Source: Ptychomitrium polyphyllum
Taxonomy: Eukaryota
Assembly: GCA_973851085.1 (NCBI GenBank)
Contig: OZ316775.1
Coordinates: 9,300,001-9,364,000 of the forward strand
DNA: 64,000 nucleotides
Reading direction: 5' to 3'
Part shown: positions 62,355 to 64,000 of the stretch, one piece after another
How positions within the stretch are numbered: the first letter of the stretch is position 1
How the letters are laid out: each line of letters opens with the position of its first letter
Translations under genes and position numbers: made by a program
Notes under the pieces: generated by a model
Databases searched by the model: none
Told to the model about the DNA's origin: nothing
Seen by the model: the letters and a program-made list of their open reading frames with translations, nothing else

Positions 62355-64000
62355 ATCTGTGGCGCATGCTCTGCTTCTCTTTGGCTCCCCTCTCATTCTC
62401 AGTTTTGATGTCTATACTTAAGCCAAGACTCCACCTCTGTAATGTAATCTGCTCGTCCTTCCAATTCTGCGCAATTAGTCGATGATGTCCTCGTGCATGG
62501 CAACCCGGGTGTGTGTTCGTGCATAGGAGTCCGGGATATTGTTATGGTGATCCAATATTGAAAAAATTTACACGCCACCCATGTTTTTTGAAGTTATTGT
62601 GCTGGCCATAAATTTTGCGTCTGTTCTTCAGGGGCTGGGCGAGTTTGCTAGAGTGTTTCTAATTAGTTGCTGTTGTTGAATTGTGAGTCTGAACTGAGGA
62701 TCAAGTGCAGTTTATGAGTTCCTGTTTGGGGTATAACATATTGCTCAGATTTTTGGAGTATTATGCTGGTTATGGCAACTGATGTAGTGGAGAGAAAGTT
62801 GGTCCACTTGCGATTACGTTCTTCTTGCAAGGTTTCTGCTGCTCCGAGAAGCTATTGTCTTTGACTTCCACACATTATTCAGCTCTTATGAATTTGGCTT
62901 TCTGTATCGCTGATGCCAGTACAGCATTCAAAGAAGGTCGGTGTGTGACACAATACCAGCATACAATCAATACTTCATCTAGTTAACAAGCTTGTAAATG
63001 CATCATTGATATTCTTGGATGGTTCATGCTAAGTGTTAAAGGTAGATTCTTCGTAACCGATTGTGTCCTTTCATAGAACCTCAATCCAAAACTGGAGAGA
63101 AAGCACCAATTGATTTCTACATCTGTTCTAGGTTCTTCTCTTATATTTCTAGTTGCTTTTAGGGTCATATCTAGGATTCTCTTACTTGAACTTCAACAAT
63201 TTGTGGTAAAAATGAAACCAAGGTTCGCATCAGATTAGAGCATCTTTCTTAAGCGGGGACTCTATTTCCAACTTGGTCTCCTTGTGTGCCAAACTGCGAA
63301 AAGCTATGGTTATGAAGATTTATCTTAGTTGTGGTATCTGAAGAACGCATGTTGAGAATCATCATTGCACACTCTTGATGTGAAACTAATCATTCAAGGA
63401 CAGATCACTGCAGTAATCACCATTACCAGATACACAATTTGCGAGGGCCAACTGCAAAACAGGTCTTGGCTCAAAGGATTAAGAACAGCATCTCCACATG
63501 GTGATGAGATGCTGCTGCACTTAAGAAGACAACCACTTGTACAACATTGAAATTTTTTTATAGCAATTGCTATAGTCAAGTTTAAATAACTTCACTTTGT
63601 GACGTGTACTTCAACTTTGTTAGTTGCAATTCAAAGTTATGAGTAATCTTGATGAAATTTAAGAAAATCAAAGTCAAGGTAATATCAGTAAAAAAAAAAT
63701 ACATAATTGATTATAATGGTCAATATATCTTTGAAATCATTATTAATTACAAAAAATAAAAATACATTGGGGTACAAATTCAGTGTATTTGATTGATTAA
63801 TCGGAGTATTGAAAGTGGATTTATACATTATTTAACATTTTAATTCTTGCAAGCAATCAATTGAGCACTAATAAGGTAAATATAATTTTTCTTCAAAAGA
63901 AAGGATTTTTGTAATGTATGAATCTCAAAGAAAGAGGGAATTATAATCCAGTTACAAATTATCTGTATTTGTTGTTTCATTATAATATATAAATACCTTA

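Overview
Eukaryotic nuclear DNA from a land plant, most likely a moss (Physcomitrium/Funariaceae-like; inferred from gene content and the Ty3/Gypsy chromovirus-type elements). In order: a 3-exon dehydrin; a 5'-truncated, intron-retaining KAS I fragment; an intronless 863-aa AIG1-like GTPase + helical bundle + kinase-fold ORF; a nest of decayed chromodomain LTR retrotransposons (about 15.3-24.4 kb); COX7a; a tRNA-Gly(TCC)/tRNA-Asn(GTT) pair with no spacer; two intronless HVA22 genes plus a relic; a DOMON-cytochrome b561 gene; a single-intron isoamylase 3; a many-intron UGGT; and PsbO. The three most unusual observations are (1) the GTPase-MLKL-like-(pseudo)kinase fusion, (2) the zero-spacer tRNA pair, and (3) a homologous extra ORF between pol and the 3' end in both diverged chromovirus copies. 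All calls come from manual reading, with no database searches.
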